From Trichoplax sp. H2 (taxonomy: Eukaryota), in contig NOWV01000213.1 in NCBI GenBank assembly GCA_003344405.1, positions 1 to 64,000 on the forward strand: a stretch of DNA of 64,000 nucleotides, read 5' to 3'. The notes under the pieces were generated by a model. It saw only the letters and a list, made by a program, of their open reading frames with translations. It ran no database searches and was not told where the DNA came from. The translations under genes and the position numbers were made by a program. Positions 1 to 13,289 of this stretch are shown here, piece by piece (positions within the stretch are counted from its first letter, which is position 1; each line of letters begins with the position of its first letter).

Positions 1-1953
1 TGAGCCTCCACCGACTTCTTTGTCAATATCAAACTGGAACTTAATTAGTTTAAGTAAATATTCATATATATAGTTCAAGTTTACCATAAACCGTGGCTCT
101 ATTGATAAGAAATAGTTATTATTTTGATAGAGAGATTCTTGAGCCGGCAGAAGTGGAAATAGTTGCCATTTCAGAGAATGACATAAATGTCTTTAGTAGC
201 GAACAGATACTTTATTATAGGGTGTAATTCGCGTAAGAGTGCGGTAGTTACTAGGAAGCAGCGTGCAAGCTGTGATGAAATAATATGAGAACCACTAACA
301 CTATAACTATTATAGCTAAGGCAAACTGAGGTAGAAATCGGTAGCATTTACAGCTTTGAAGATAGAAAATATACCATACTAGTCTATGAAAATGGAAGAG
401 AATGCAATTTGCCTATTAAAGTACAAACACAAAATCTTAATTTAAATCGGTAGAATTATCCGCAAAATGCTGTATCGTAGGTTGATTTTTGATTATTTTC
501 CATCCAAACAGTATTGACTTAATAGTTGTTTGCAATCGTACTTAAAGTCTTCGATTCATGTATAACATTTATTCCTTAATGTGGATTGAATATGAATAGT
601 CTAACAGATTTTCATTACCTTCCAACTGAAGCTGAGGAAAACTTGAACAATAACTTGATTTAAGCTTAACTTATTGTAAAGGTAGCTGCGGATAATTATC
701 GATATAACCGAACAGATAATAGTGATTGTTAAGTGTACTTTGTCCTAGTACAACAAATCGCATAATTACTACTTGCTTCTGTTAATACTGTATAATGTAC
801 AAGCTGCTAGAGACAATGTAGTAACCACATGGTGGTTAGCAAGATCTTGTCAAATAAACAGACTATTTACAATGGATACGGTATGTCTTCTGTGCAATAA
901 AACTGCTGTTAGGTGAGCACATACTACTATCGGATAAATATTCAATCTATTGCATCTTTCATGATATTGTCGCAATCAGTCAATCTTACTATATTTTATA
1001 TTAGAAACCTTTTTTATTAAATATTATTCAGCTCTAGCATTACTGTAATACGTGTTGTCAACGCTAAATTTATACATTAATAAGCAGTTTTAATCATACT
1101 GCCAATGGCAACAAAATCTTACTGAAAAACGTGATACATCGATGATCTAGTATTGGTTAGTGAAGCAGCCATAACAAAATAAAGCATCCTATTCAACATT
1201 TGAAAGAAATCCTGTATTTAGTATGAAAGGAATCTATCTAATACAGATACCAAAGTTTATCCCAGATTTATAATTATTGGATTATCATAGGAATATAGTT
1301 TCTTATTCATGTACGTATCTCTTGTAATTGTAGAAATGTTTGCATAACACAAAGCAATTGATTACTATGCAACATTGACATTGTCTCAAAATAAGATGAA
1401 AAAAAAGAAGTATTACTAGATAAAGCCACTTAATCTAGCAAAAGGCAATTTCAAATAGTTTATGTAAATATTGCATATCAACATTTCGTTGTTTCTATTT
1501 TACACTACGGATTATAAGGTAAAAGTATATAACCGTAAGAGCCAAAATAACTTGAGCAATCGATGCTGCTTGTCACAGCGATATATCTTAAATCAAATTA
1601 AAAAATTTTAAAATAGAAGCAAGTGTTATAGTTCATCCTTCAATATAGTAAAATGGCACCGTAAAAGCCATGACTGAAATAAACGATAAGAAAGTAGCTA
1701 TAGCACACATCTTGTCAGTTTATTAACAGACCTGCTGCAGTAAAAAAATAAAATATTCTCATATTGTCACTAATATCGGTAGAACGAATATAGGATTACT
1801 GTCGGTAAATTATGGAGAGACATGTTAAATCTTGATTGCTAACACAAGATAACTATCAAATCACGTAATGTTGATCCTTTCAAGAAGCTAATTGTTAGAA
1901 GCGGCTGATTCGTTGACTTTTGCTATCCTAAATTGATTTTTCAACTATAAATA

Positions 1954-4900
1954 TTAATACCATCTTTCAGGTGTGCCAATAAGGCCACTTCGTTGGGGAT
2001 TCGTAAACTTATACGTAATAATATAAAATACAAGCGGTAGAGGAATTAATCCTAACAGCACTTGAGCTGCAATAGGTGGGTTTTTTAGTCCATTGGTTGC
2101 AGCAGCAATGCCTATGGCAAGAGCCAGCCAGTGTACCACAGTTATGATGGTTAATCGCTTACTTTTGATAACATCCAGAAAAGACTAGAAACAATGGCAA
2201 TAAATTAAACAAGATCTGTTATAATCTTATGAACGATTACCTATCGATATAGTATAATTAAATTATTTTGGATATTTCATTTTACAATCAGAGAAACGAT
2301 CATCCTTTTACTGCGTCCATGCTATTTAAGGTTACTAATGGTACGCTATGTTATTTTAATTCTGTTTTAAATGATTTCTACTTTCTCGATACTTACGCTG
2401 ACCTTATAGCCAGCTAAGGTATAAGCAGTTGTAAGCGTTGCTGTTACTATTACAATGTATGGAAAACCAAAATCTAGGATATCAATGATAGTTTCATTAA
2501 CAACGTTGTTAAGACAGTAGAAAACACATAGACGTTCCATACACCAATCCCCGAAGCAATTGACTTACAAAGTACTCCACCTAGAACGGCTTGTGTAACG
2601 ATTAAGATAGGAAAAAAATACAGTGCAGCATAGATAGACTTTTTCATGCCCAAAATATTGAATTTTGAGGCAATCATTGTTCTAGCAACGGCCATCAAGA
2701 TTAAAGCGATGAAATAATATTTTAGTACGATACTATACCTATAAGTGTGAAAACAAAAGCCATTCAAGATGAAATCAGTTAATGTGTACAATGCATTGGA
2801 TGGAGATACAAGATGATCATTAAAATTGACTTGTGTTAAGCTCAGGCTATTCACAGCCAATATATCTATATTGACAGATTATATTATATGTCTACTTACA
2901 ATGGACAAACAGCTTCAGCTGCACAATGAATGGTAATTTTGTAATCGATTGTGGGATTATAAAATATTGTATACCAGTCTGATAATTCTTTAACGCCACA
3001 ACCTTCTAATGTTAAGCTACCTATATTCCATGGCGAGAAGGAATGCGCTAGTCAGTCTCAAACGCCAACGCGTGAAATAGTTCTAGCTTGTATCAATTGA
3101 TCTTAGCTGATTAAACCTATCTCACTTTTGAGCAAATGTACCTTTGCACGTAATCTGCTAATGTTTCTACAAATTGCTTAGGGCTAATAAGATTTATTCG
3201 TTCCAGAATTATATCAGAATAATACAGTAAAATAATAACTTTATCATCCTTTAATTACATTAGCAGTGTAAAACTCGCCTATTGTATCATTTACAAAAAA
3301 TAGTTAATTTATATGCAATTTTACCTATAGGTCGAGATGTTAGAATGGATATTATTGCAGATACGATCGCTTCAAAGATCGCAGATCCATGCCATATTGC
3401 GAGCCGTTTGCTTTAATGTGCGTAAAAGTGATCGAGAAAGTTAATTAAAAGCATAAACATTGATTAAATTGACAATCTAGTGTATTATATTATGGCTGCT
3501 TTATGTCAACAGTTACAACATCATGACTTCGAAACGAGTCATAACTCCTTTTAGTAACATTAATCATCTATTGAAGAAAAAGAATTAGAAAGCGCCCACA
3601 TTGATTAACAGCATGGTTTCAACTACAAAGACATAAACTGCTACTTTCTGGTTTCGTAAAGATATAGCAACTTCATCACTGCTAACTGGTTTACCATCAC
3701 CCACATTATTCACAGAATTGACAATTTAGTGTATTAGATGATGTTTTTTCATGCCTATGGCCACAACAACAATATGGCCTCGATTTAAGTAACAACTACT
3801 TCAAGTGAAATCAACCTTCCATTATATCATTAGAGAAAAGAATTCTTGCTTTGCTTACCTATCAGTACGAACGTAATGATCGATAAAAAAAAAGTGCAAC
3901 ACCAAGGAAAAGGAACTCATAAATAGTAAGAAGAGCCAGTCATAGACGATTAAGGGAAGAGCACAAGGTTGGCAAATACCCGAGGCATTGGGTCGGAATC
4001 CGCAAAGGCAAGGCTACAATATCAACAATAAGTTGACATTTATTGAATCAATAAGTGAATAGTATCTAATTGATTTATTGTCATGGACGTAATTGATGTC
4101 CACAAACTACATTATTGATGATGGAAATAATAAAGTATCGATCTATGTAGTGCATTCCAATCAAGACAGTGAAGAAAAGGAATCATTATAACTAACTCAA
4201 GCAATGCAATGATCTTTTAAATTGAACGCAAGAAACTACATAACAAAATAAAGAGTTGACGATCGATATCATTGCCGATTAAACTTGTCAATTTTCGCCC
4301 AAGGATGAGAAGGATTTATGCACTTCTTGATGTTACTACTGTCCAACTTTGTTCAAGATCAATAACCAATCTCACGATTATGTCAATCATGAATCGACTG
4401 ATCATTTTTAACCATTCTTCTCCTAGGCAAAGTCATATTCGATAAGACTGTTTGAAATCATTTTCCATTTTGATTATTACTTACTCCACATGCCGTTAAC
4501 TGGCCGTTTTCTAATACAGTTCTACCACAGTATTTTCCAGTACAAGCATCCAGGGCATCCGCTAACAAATACAAATAAAAGAAAGTATTTTCTTCCATTC
4601 TACTTATCGAAACATTCTTAATCTTAATCAAACAACGATATTCTTAATTGGTCAATGCTATTTGAATAAAGGTCAACATGGAATTATTTTGTCTAATATT
4701 GTCTAGCAGCATTTCTGTTTTTATTTCTTAATCAGTTGTTTATGCTTGAAGAACTCATAATGAGTGAAAAAAGAAATGATATCGATGTAAAGGTGATCGC
4801 AGTCAGAATTGGGTAGTAGAGTGTAGAACTAATTCAACGATCGATCCGTTGCATGGAAATAATTCCACAATTGTTTATTGTATAGAAATAACTCAACGAT

Positions 4901-7900
4901 CGCTCCGTTGTATAGAAATAGTTCCGCGATCTACTTATTGCTTACAAATAATTCATCCGTTGATCGGTTGTACTGAAATAGTTTCACGATTGATTAATTA
5001 CATGGGAATAACACCACGATCGATCTATTGCAAGGGCAATCAATCGATCTAGTAGAAATAATTCTACAGTCCAACTATTTCATATCCATCAATGCCACTG
5101 TCAATATAAACAATTCAATATGATCCAATACAAAGAAATCCTAATTCAAAAGATCGATTAAGGCTATGGATGAAGATTCCTGGCAAAGAGTGTTGCCATT
5201 TTACTGAGATTTGGTGTAGACAAATTTTCAATTTCCGACGGTACATCTACTGGAAAATCGTTCAATTACCGATCATGAAGGGTAATACCGGCAACGAATC
5301 GTCTCAATAACTTTATGTTTTGATTCATTAGCCCCTGATGACAGTTTTACTGCATCGTTTTTCAACGACTAAAATCATATCCAGTGAATATTTCTACCCA
5401 TGCATACTGTACTCTACCCTAAATAATGTTGAAGACTGTAAAGTAAACGTTAACGATATCGCTAAAGGATGGATAAAGATATCAAATGGACGTTTAAAAG
5501 ATAGCCTGAGGAAAGTTTCTTCGATCAAGAGGTTGAATGAATGACAAATGATCAATAATATATATACAACTAATAGGAAATCAATTTGTAATCAATGTTA
5601 TCGTGTAGAAGAAATGCATTCAATTCGCTAGAACAGACCGATGCACTCGCTAATGCCCTTTTCTTCCCCGATATCCGTGATGGAGACTGGTCTTTTGAAA
5701 CAGAGCTACTTTATTACCTGAAGATAGAATAGAAAAACTCATGCAATGGAAATGGATTGAATGACTCAAGAGTATGGGGATTGATTTCCAAGAGTTTATT
5801 ACTACTGTAGAAAGCTTTAGCATGAGTTTATACATTTTAGAGTTCATGTTAAGCCCGAAAATGTGTCTAGTATATCATTTCAGAATGGCTACTAATTCTC
5901 ATTCATTTATTTAAATTGTCATTAGTCGATGAGCACTATTTGCTTTAATATAGTGATTGATAGCCTGGTTCCATCATGGCAGTATTACGATTAAATTTTG
6001 ATGTATCTTGTCTAATATGAGATCGATGGTACTACAAGAGATCATTTTAAATTGTCTAACAGTAGTATTTTCTGCATTCCAATTGCCTATGAGTAAACTA
6101 TCCATGTTGATGAAATGACTGGCCAACACCATACCGATATACAATTTCACTCCGCAATGTAAATTATCGATATTCATTTTTAAGCATTTCTTCGAACTAC
6201 AGTAGAAAAGATTTAAGCCAGTCAAAGAGTAAGGTGTTCTGGGGAAGGGATAAATTTAGTCAAGGTGATTCTCTTGAGAAGGATGTTGAGCAATGAATCT
6301 TTCCCAATCATTTCTAGCTAGAAAAGATGTAAGTTACTTCAACAGCAACGATTGCTAGATCAAGGAATAGATCGAATTTAGGAATTCTTTTAAGAAAGAT
6401 GTCTGGCAATGAATTCTTCCCAATCCACTTTAGCTAGAGAAGAGAGCTAATTCAAAAGTAATGGTATGTCCAATCATGGAATAGATCGAGTTTAGGTAAT
6501 CGTTTTGAGAAGGATGTCGAGCAATGAATTCTTCCCAATCCTGTCATACTAGAATAGACTTGAGCTTCTTCAACAGCATGGTCGTCTAATTTAGGAATAG
6601 ATCTACTGAAAGCAATCAGTTTGAGAAGGATGCCGAGCAAAGAATTCTTCTAACTATTTCCTACTAGAAACGACTTGAGCCAGTTAAACAGTAAGGTATT
6701 CTCGTAAATGGATAGATGTAGTCAAAGTGATCCTCTTAAGAAGGATATCGAGCAAGGAACTCTTTCAATTATTTCTCACTAGAAAAGACTTGAGTCAGTC
6801 AAACAGGAAGATAGTCTAATCAAGGAATAGATTTACTGTAAGGAATCATGTTACGAAGGATGTAGAGTCGTGCATTCTTCCCATCGTTTATAACACAAAA
6901 AGACTCTTGACAGCCAATTAGTAAGAGAGCCAAATCAGGAAGGGAAGGATCTACTGAAAGTCATCATTTGGATACGCTCATTCTTATCATTAAAATCCAA
7001 ATTACGCGTAGTCCAAGTACGATATTCACAACATTTCTACAGCGTTCAATCCATGGAAATGGAGTATCTTATCAATTAATCATGTCATCTGTGTTTTAAT
7101 AAGTAAGCAAGAGATCTATAGACAGAGATCGCTATAATCTCTTTCATCATGAATCATGTTGAACATCATGTTGCGGTGGTGGACTAAGGATCATTTTAGA
7201 CTTCAATCCTTCCACCGATTTCGATCGATGTCTAGACATCATTTGCGTAAACTATCAATGGAGACAATGTTAGTATAGCTATGAAGAAAGGCCTTATGAC
7301 AGTGTCTAGGAAATGATTTGAAGGCGTAGGATAAGATCCATTTTAGACGAAATGGTCAACATGGAGAAAATGTCGATATCAAGTCGTAAGCGTTCAGAGC
7401 GAATGGGTGATCATGGACCAATGGTACGTCGATCGCTATTTCACTTTCCGTCAAGCTAGCAATATTATGGCAGAAATGATTTGAAGGCGTAGGATAAGAT
7501 CCATTTTGGACGAAATGGTCAACATGGAGAAAATGTCAACATCAAGTCGTAAGCGTTCAGAGCGAATGGGTGATCATGGACCGGCGGTACGTCGATCGCC
7601 ATTTCACTTTCCGTCAAGCTAGCAATATTATGGCAGAAATGAGAACAATCTGAGCATTCGGGTTATAGCGTAACTATCTCATTCTCCTCATCGCCTCTTT
7701 GAAATGAGAAAATGAATGCCCGATTGGCAAGCCGCTGTTGCCATGATGAGTTGTTGAAGGATCGTGGGTAGACGATGGATCATCTCATGAACACAAATTG
7801 AAGGCCCATGGCAAATCATTTTCATTCATCTTTTACTAAGCAAACTGCGAACCATTCGCACATTCTTTGTGGAAAAGAATGTAGTAGAAAGGAGGATTAT

Positions 7901-8534
7901 TGACTACTTGTTGTTATTAGATCAACCATGATATCGCCATCGACAAGGTTGATGGATCTTGTCGAGCAAAATGAGTCCAGGTGAACCATGAAAATAGACA
8001 GCCAAGTAAGGCCCATGTTCTACTATTAACGACAACAATTTAAACTGTAAGGATTATGATGATACAATTTTCCATCATTCTATTATCCATGATGAGTCTC
8101 ATTTAGACTGTCTTTGAACCCTCTTGGTGATCCACACACCTAAAAGAGATCGTCCATGAATCGCCATGATGTTGATCGATGATGTCCAGGGAAACTATTC
8201 AATCTGGATCATGGATAGAGACAGTCGTGATTCTCCGTGGATTATAAGAGTTTAAACGACATGGATAATCAGTGCAACACCTCTACTGTAGTCTATCATC
8301 CCTAACTAGTTCAACTGTTACTGTCTTTTAAGTCTCTTCGTCATCCACTCTTACAAGATCTTCCATCCTATCGCTATCAACAGGCCAAATAGTCAACCTG
8401 AATCTCAACATCGACAGCCATGTTTCCCCTTCCTATTCCACTCGATACCACTTACCTTGTGTAAGAAATGAGAGTAGAAAGCCAACCAACGCTACGGCTA
8501 TCATGTTGAATCCCAGCAGATGTCTGGAGCTCAT
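1954..8534 (-). CDS. JKAMP: JNK1/MAPK8-associated membrane protein (JKAMP/JAMP), 7-8 exons
   Basis: Phase-consistent GT-AG exons 4561-4485 (DALDACTGKYCGRTVLENGQLTACG), 4013-3859 (PCLCGFRPNASGICQPCALPLIVYDWLFLLFM...), 3410-3325, 3020-2900 (CGVKELSDWYTIFYNPTIDYKITIHCAAEAVCPL), 2738-2569 (KSIYAALYFFPIL), 2473-2397 and 2184-1954 (HWL...FTNP). These match recalled JKAMP motifs (YCG, YDWLYL, LSDWYT.YNP, KSIYAALYFFPIL). The first exon 8534-8456 (MSSRHLLGFNMIAVALVGFLLSFLTQ, G|gtaagt, phase 1) is tentative. Confidence 0.92.
3469..3845. repeat. Degenerate dispersed duplication (~120 bp) in a JKAMP intron
   Basis: ttgacaatctagtgtatta...gaaaaagaatt (3469-3586) resembles ttgacaatttagtgtatta...gaaaagaatt (3718-3845). 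Confidence 0.5.
4822..5070. repeat. Degenerate 30-bp tandem repeat, ~8 copies
   Basis: Unit ~tgtatagaaataattccacgatcgatccgt. The spurious ORF 4849-5052 shows the matching 10-aa periodicity (CIEITQRSLR/CIEIVPRSTY). Confidence 0.75.
6190..6970. repeat. Degenerate ~116-bp tandem repeat, ~6-7 copies
   Basis: The motif gagaaggatg.cgagcaa.gaattcttccca recurs near 6276, 6393, 6507, 6623, 6739 and 6855. Confidence 0.8.
7310..7642. repeat. Recent 163-bp tandem duplication (2 near-identical copies)
   Basis: gaaatgatttgaaggcgtaggataag...gcaatattatggca starts at 7310 and again at 7473, with only a few mismatches. Confidence 0.92.
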
Positions 8535-9160
8535 TTCTTTCCACTTAATTACGCTTTAACGTGCATCCAAGGTGGATTTTATTGGCACCATCTTGATCAT
8601 CTACAACGCCGATCGGAATGAGCCTGGACGGGATTCTTGTCGCTAGGTGATAGCCAACCACTATGGCTATCCTATGTATCATACATCGCTCGTATCCCTG
8701 TCATTCTCCTATAGTTTTTGTCTCTCTCTTTCAATGGACAGGTGTAGAGGTCTTTAGGCCAAATCCTTCTTTCGCTGATTGGATTATACAATGACTATGG
8801 ATATTTCCCTACTGAACGGAATAGGAGAGTATGATGGTAGTCAAGGTACTGAAACAGTCCAAATCTAGTCGAGGATCACACCGAGGCAAGACTCCATATC
8901 TACACGGACAGTATGCCCGTGCCAGGATAAATTAGCGGGTACGCTATAAATGGTCGTCAGCGCGTTCGTTGACAATATGCAATGAAAGAAAGTAGACTAG
9001 TTACTGAGCCACATCGGATCAAATAGTCCATTAAAATGACTGGCAAGAGCATTAGATCATGCCAACTACTCAAATTAAGGAGAAGATGGCTCTCTAGCAA
9101 TGCGAGGATGGATCTCTATCCTTCTTCCCAATAGGAATGGTGGCAATTGCTCATTTTGAA

Positions 9161-10585
9161 GGACTCATTAAGCTGTATGCGATCATGAACAGGGCTTATT
9201 AAGCTGTATGTGCCTATGAGCAGCTCTCATTAAGCTGTATGCCACCATGAGTAAGGCTTATTAAGTTATATGCGACCATGAGCAGGGCTCATTAAGCTGT
9301 ATGCCACCATGAGCAAGGCTTATCAAGCTATATGCGACCATGAGCAGGGCTCATTAAGCTGTATGCGACCATGAGCAAGGCTTATTAAACTATATGCGAT
9401 CATGAGCAGGGCCATGAAGCTGTATGCCACCATGAGTAAGGCTTATTAAGCTATATGCGACTTTGAGCAAGGCTCATTAAGCTGAATACCACCATGAGCA
9501 AGGCTTATTATACTATACAGCTTAATGAGCAGGGCTCATTAAGCTGTATGCGACCATGAGCAAGGATTATTAAACTATATGTGACCATGAGCAGGGCCAT
9601 GAAGCTGTATGCCATCATGAGCAAGGCTTATTAAGCTATATGCGATCATGAGTAGGGCTTATTAAGCCGTATGCCACCATGAGTATGGCTTATTAAGCTA
9701 TATGCGTCTATGAGCACGGCTGATTAAGCTGAATATCACCATGAGCAAGGCTTATTATACTATATGCGACCATGAGCAAGGTTTATTATACAGTACTATA
9801 TGCGACCATGAGCAAGGCTTATTAAACTATATGCGATCACGAGTAGGACTCATTAAGCTGTATACGACCATGAGCAAGGCTTTCTTAAACTATATACGAG
9901 CATGAGCAGGGCTCATTAAGCTGTATGCGACCATGAACAACGCTTATTAAACTATATGCGACCATGAGCAGGGCCATGAAGCTGTATGCGACCATGAGCA
10001 AGGCTTATTAAACTATATGCGACCATGAGCAGGGCCATGAAGCTGTATGCCACCATGAGCAAGGCTTATTAAGCTATAAGCGATCATGAGTAGGGCTCAT
10101 TAAGCCGTATACCACCATGAGTAATGCTTATCAAGCTATATGCGACTATGAGCACGGCTCATTAAGCTGCATACAACCATGAGTAAGGCTTATTATACTA
10201 TATGTGACCATGAGCAGGGCTCATTAAGCTGTATGCGACCATGAGCAAGGCTTTATTAAACTATATACGAGCATGAGCAGGGCTCATTAAGCTGTATGCG
10301 ACCATGAGCAAGGCTTATTAAACTATATGCGACCATGGGCAGGACTCATTAAGCTATTTGCCACCATGAGCAAGGCTTATTAAGCTATTTGCGACCATGA
10401 ACAAGGCTTATTAAACTATATTGTATGCGACCATGAGCGGGACTCATTAAGCTGTATGCCACTATGAGTAACATTTACTAAACTATATGCGACCTCGAAC
10501 AGGACTCATTAAGCTGTATACCATCATGAGCAGTGGCTTATTAAGCTGTCTAAGCAGAGTTGATTAAGCTATATGCGAGCATGAG
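9161..10585. repeat. 31-bp minisatellite, ~45 copies, with alternating A/B unit variants
   Basis: Consensus ttaagctgtatgcgaccatgagcagggctca (units start at 9168, 9199, ...). Variants gggctcattaagctgtatgc and aggcttattaaactatatgc largely alternate. Confidence 0.97.
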
Positions 10586-13289
10586 AAGAGAGCTGGTCGA
10601 TCAGTCCGGGAGTCCATTGCAGCTTGCATATGCTTAAGTCCAGCTTCAATTGATTTTACAACGTATAGCCATCAAAATGGAGTGTGCTTATGATCATAAT
10701 GATGGGTAGTTTTTACACGGTAGTGCAATAAAGTGTCTACAAATTACTACGGTTACTTTCTTCCATCATACACATGCTTAATCAAGAATGGTTAATGTTA
10801 AATCTATCTTGCAAATATGCTGTCAATCCTTACCCCTAACAGGCCTAAGAAGTTGCTTTCTCAGTACTTTACTTTGCGTGATATAGGATCAAAGACGATA
10901 TCGGTTTGTTGGAGAAAGCCAAATGATAATAATTACTATATGACATTGATGCAAAGATTTGGTGTTTTATAATATTATTTTAATCTAGACAAGATCATCA
11001 TTATCACTTGCGATTACAAATGCCTCAATATCTGTATAAAGACGAATATACTCGCACGTTATGGTACAAAATGTGAACGTTACTTATTTTTCTGCCGGGC
11101 TACCTTTGAGGTCTCTTTTTGTGGAAATAAAATGACGTCCAGCTTGTGATGGACTGTGAGCAAACATGATCACGAGTATAGCAGTACAAAAAAAAAACTG
11201 AACCAATTTTAGCCTTTGATCACTACGGCCCTCACTCAATACAATTGACATATTGGAAAGTATACTAATCCATCGTATGATACAATGCACTAAAACATCG
11301 TGTTGATGGAATACCAAAAACCATTTCAATAATCATTTCCTGTCATTCAGCATACAAAGTACATCACTCCTGTTCAAGTATTCTATTGCCATTTCTAAAC
11401 GTTTCATGGTCACATTGACCTCCTATTTATTAAGCCAAACGCGAAGGAAAATGGATGTATCAATCAAAGGCTGCTCTACGTTCGCTTACAATACTCATCG
11501 TAACAATTCTAGGATCTCATTTTGACGCCAATCGAGTCCACTCAGCACCAGTTGTAATGGCAATATCCCCAAAATAATAAGTTCCGTCTATTCAAAAATA
11601 ACTCTACCATTACTCAATAAAGTACAGTAAGTCTAATTTGTAAAGACAGTGATAATTATCTCAGTCATACGTAAAATGCAATCGCAAGATAGTAGTAGAA
11701 CTGTCAAAGTTACAAGTTTTGAGCTCGTCGTGTTTATCAAGATTAAATGCTGAGCATCAATCTAGAGATAGAGTGATGCTTTCATAAACTGTTATATCCT
11801 GATTAGTTTAGAAAGATTTCAAAGTGTAGGTGTACAGTATTAGTGACATCATTTTCCCCATTATTTTCACAACGGAACAGCGATGTAAATTACAAATGCG
11901 ATACGAAATAGAAAATTGGATGGTATGTTACTTCGTCAGATTCTATTCCATCTTATTGATGATGCTGCACACTCTAAACAGAAATGCATATCCATTTAAT
12001 TCATTGAATCGCTTCCATCCTGTTGAAATCGTGTCATCAGCCATGATCGCAACAGCTTTGTTATTCATGGCGTTGGCTAGATTCGAACTATTCAATTCTG
12101 AATTATTGCTTGACATAAGCATTTGTCAGGTTTATGGAAGAAAATTCAATTTCATAGCTATGACAGCCATGTTGGATTTATTGCTGTATCTTTTCGAGCC
12201 CATTATTGTATTGATCGAATTCAAATGATATTAATGACAGGCGTTTTCCATTTTGCACTTTTTTATTATTTTTCCATTACAGAATAAAAATGATCTCCTA
12301 ACAGCAACGTTTGATTGATTTTCCAATTCGTTTGTACAAGATTACCTAACCCGGGAAATGTTGCGATGATTGGCTTCGAATCAAGCCTATCCTACGCGTT
12401 TATTGGCAAAAGAATATACTCGACTGTAAAAATGGAAGAGAAGTAACCGGTGAACCATTCGTTGATCGAAATATTGACTGACTGGACTACCTACATAGGG
12501 TACTCTATTTCGAAAAAGCTCGTGGAAGGGATGATCGGTCCAACTGTTTGCCATACCCATACCATTGCCTGTAATGAACATGGCATGGGCAAACAAGAAC
12601 TAGTTTCCACGAATAGGATTGATCCAAAGTCTGTCTGACATGAGATCAGGCGGTGCCTCCGTCTTCATGCGTCTCTATTCTACTGTATGCTACAGTCCAA
12701 GCGAGGTTTGCCGAAGAATCTCTCCGGCAGATTGAACCTTGATTTGGACATGGACTACAAGCAAAAGTAGTCGATGCTTTGGACTAGCAAGACTACTCTG
12801 ATGATTCATGGCGATATAGCAAGTTGTGTTGAAGAAGAGTAGAATAAAATGGATCATAATCCCAGGCTTGAGGCATTGCAAGAAATGGCTCAGGCAGAGT
12901 GGACAATACTGCACATTGGATGCTGCTGACGTCGACTTGTAAAGTCGACAGTGTACGGTAGAATTGCAACATGACGGGAATGTGTATACAGTATATACTG
13001 TACATTACTGCCGTTTCAGTATACTAAAATAGAATTGCAAAAATGCCGAAGTCTAGTAAAGTGTACTGTACAAGTGGACATGTACGCTTATGGCCAATCA
13101 AAGAGTAACAACCGAAATTGAAGATGCAAACTGCTGTTGTAAAAGCTGTTAAAACATGAAAATAGAGCTCATCTTGTTTACTATACTGCACGATATTAGT
13201 ACACCTTCTGCTTTGGCCTTGTTGGCTAACTTGTGTTTGCAGTTTGTCGACGTGACGCGTGTGAAAGAGACTATTGTCGACAGTAGACT

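Noticed and set aside
1..190. Possible minus-strand exons at the window edge (WQLFPLLPAQESLYQ... / FQFDIDKEVGGG)
   Set aside because: Would need a ~43-nt intron and I cannot assign a family; unsupported without flanking sequence.
1633..1710. 25-aa hydrophobic small ORF (MCAIATFLSFISVMAFTVPFYYIEG) downstream of JKAMP
   Set aside because: Expected by chance at this length; no independent support.
4849..5052. 67-aa ORF with 10-aa periodicity
   Set aside because: Product of the 30-bp tandem repeat, with a non-ATG start, antisense within the presumed JKAMP intron.
9161..10585. CRISPR-like array (31-bp partly palindromic repeats)
   Set aside because: Units are head-to-tail with no unique spacers, there are no cas genes, and the context is eukaryotic; it is a minisatellite.
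11084..13005. Several 60-130-aa ORFs on both strands
   Set aside because: No recognisable motifs, mostly non-ATG starts, and no consistent splice chain found.
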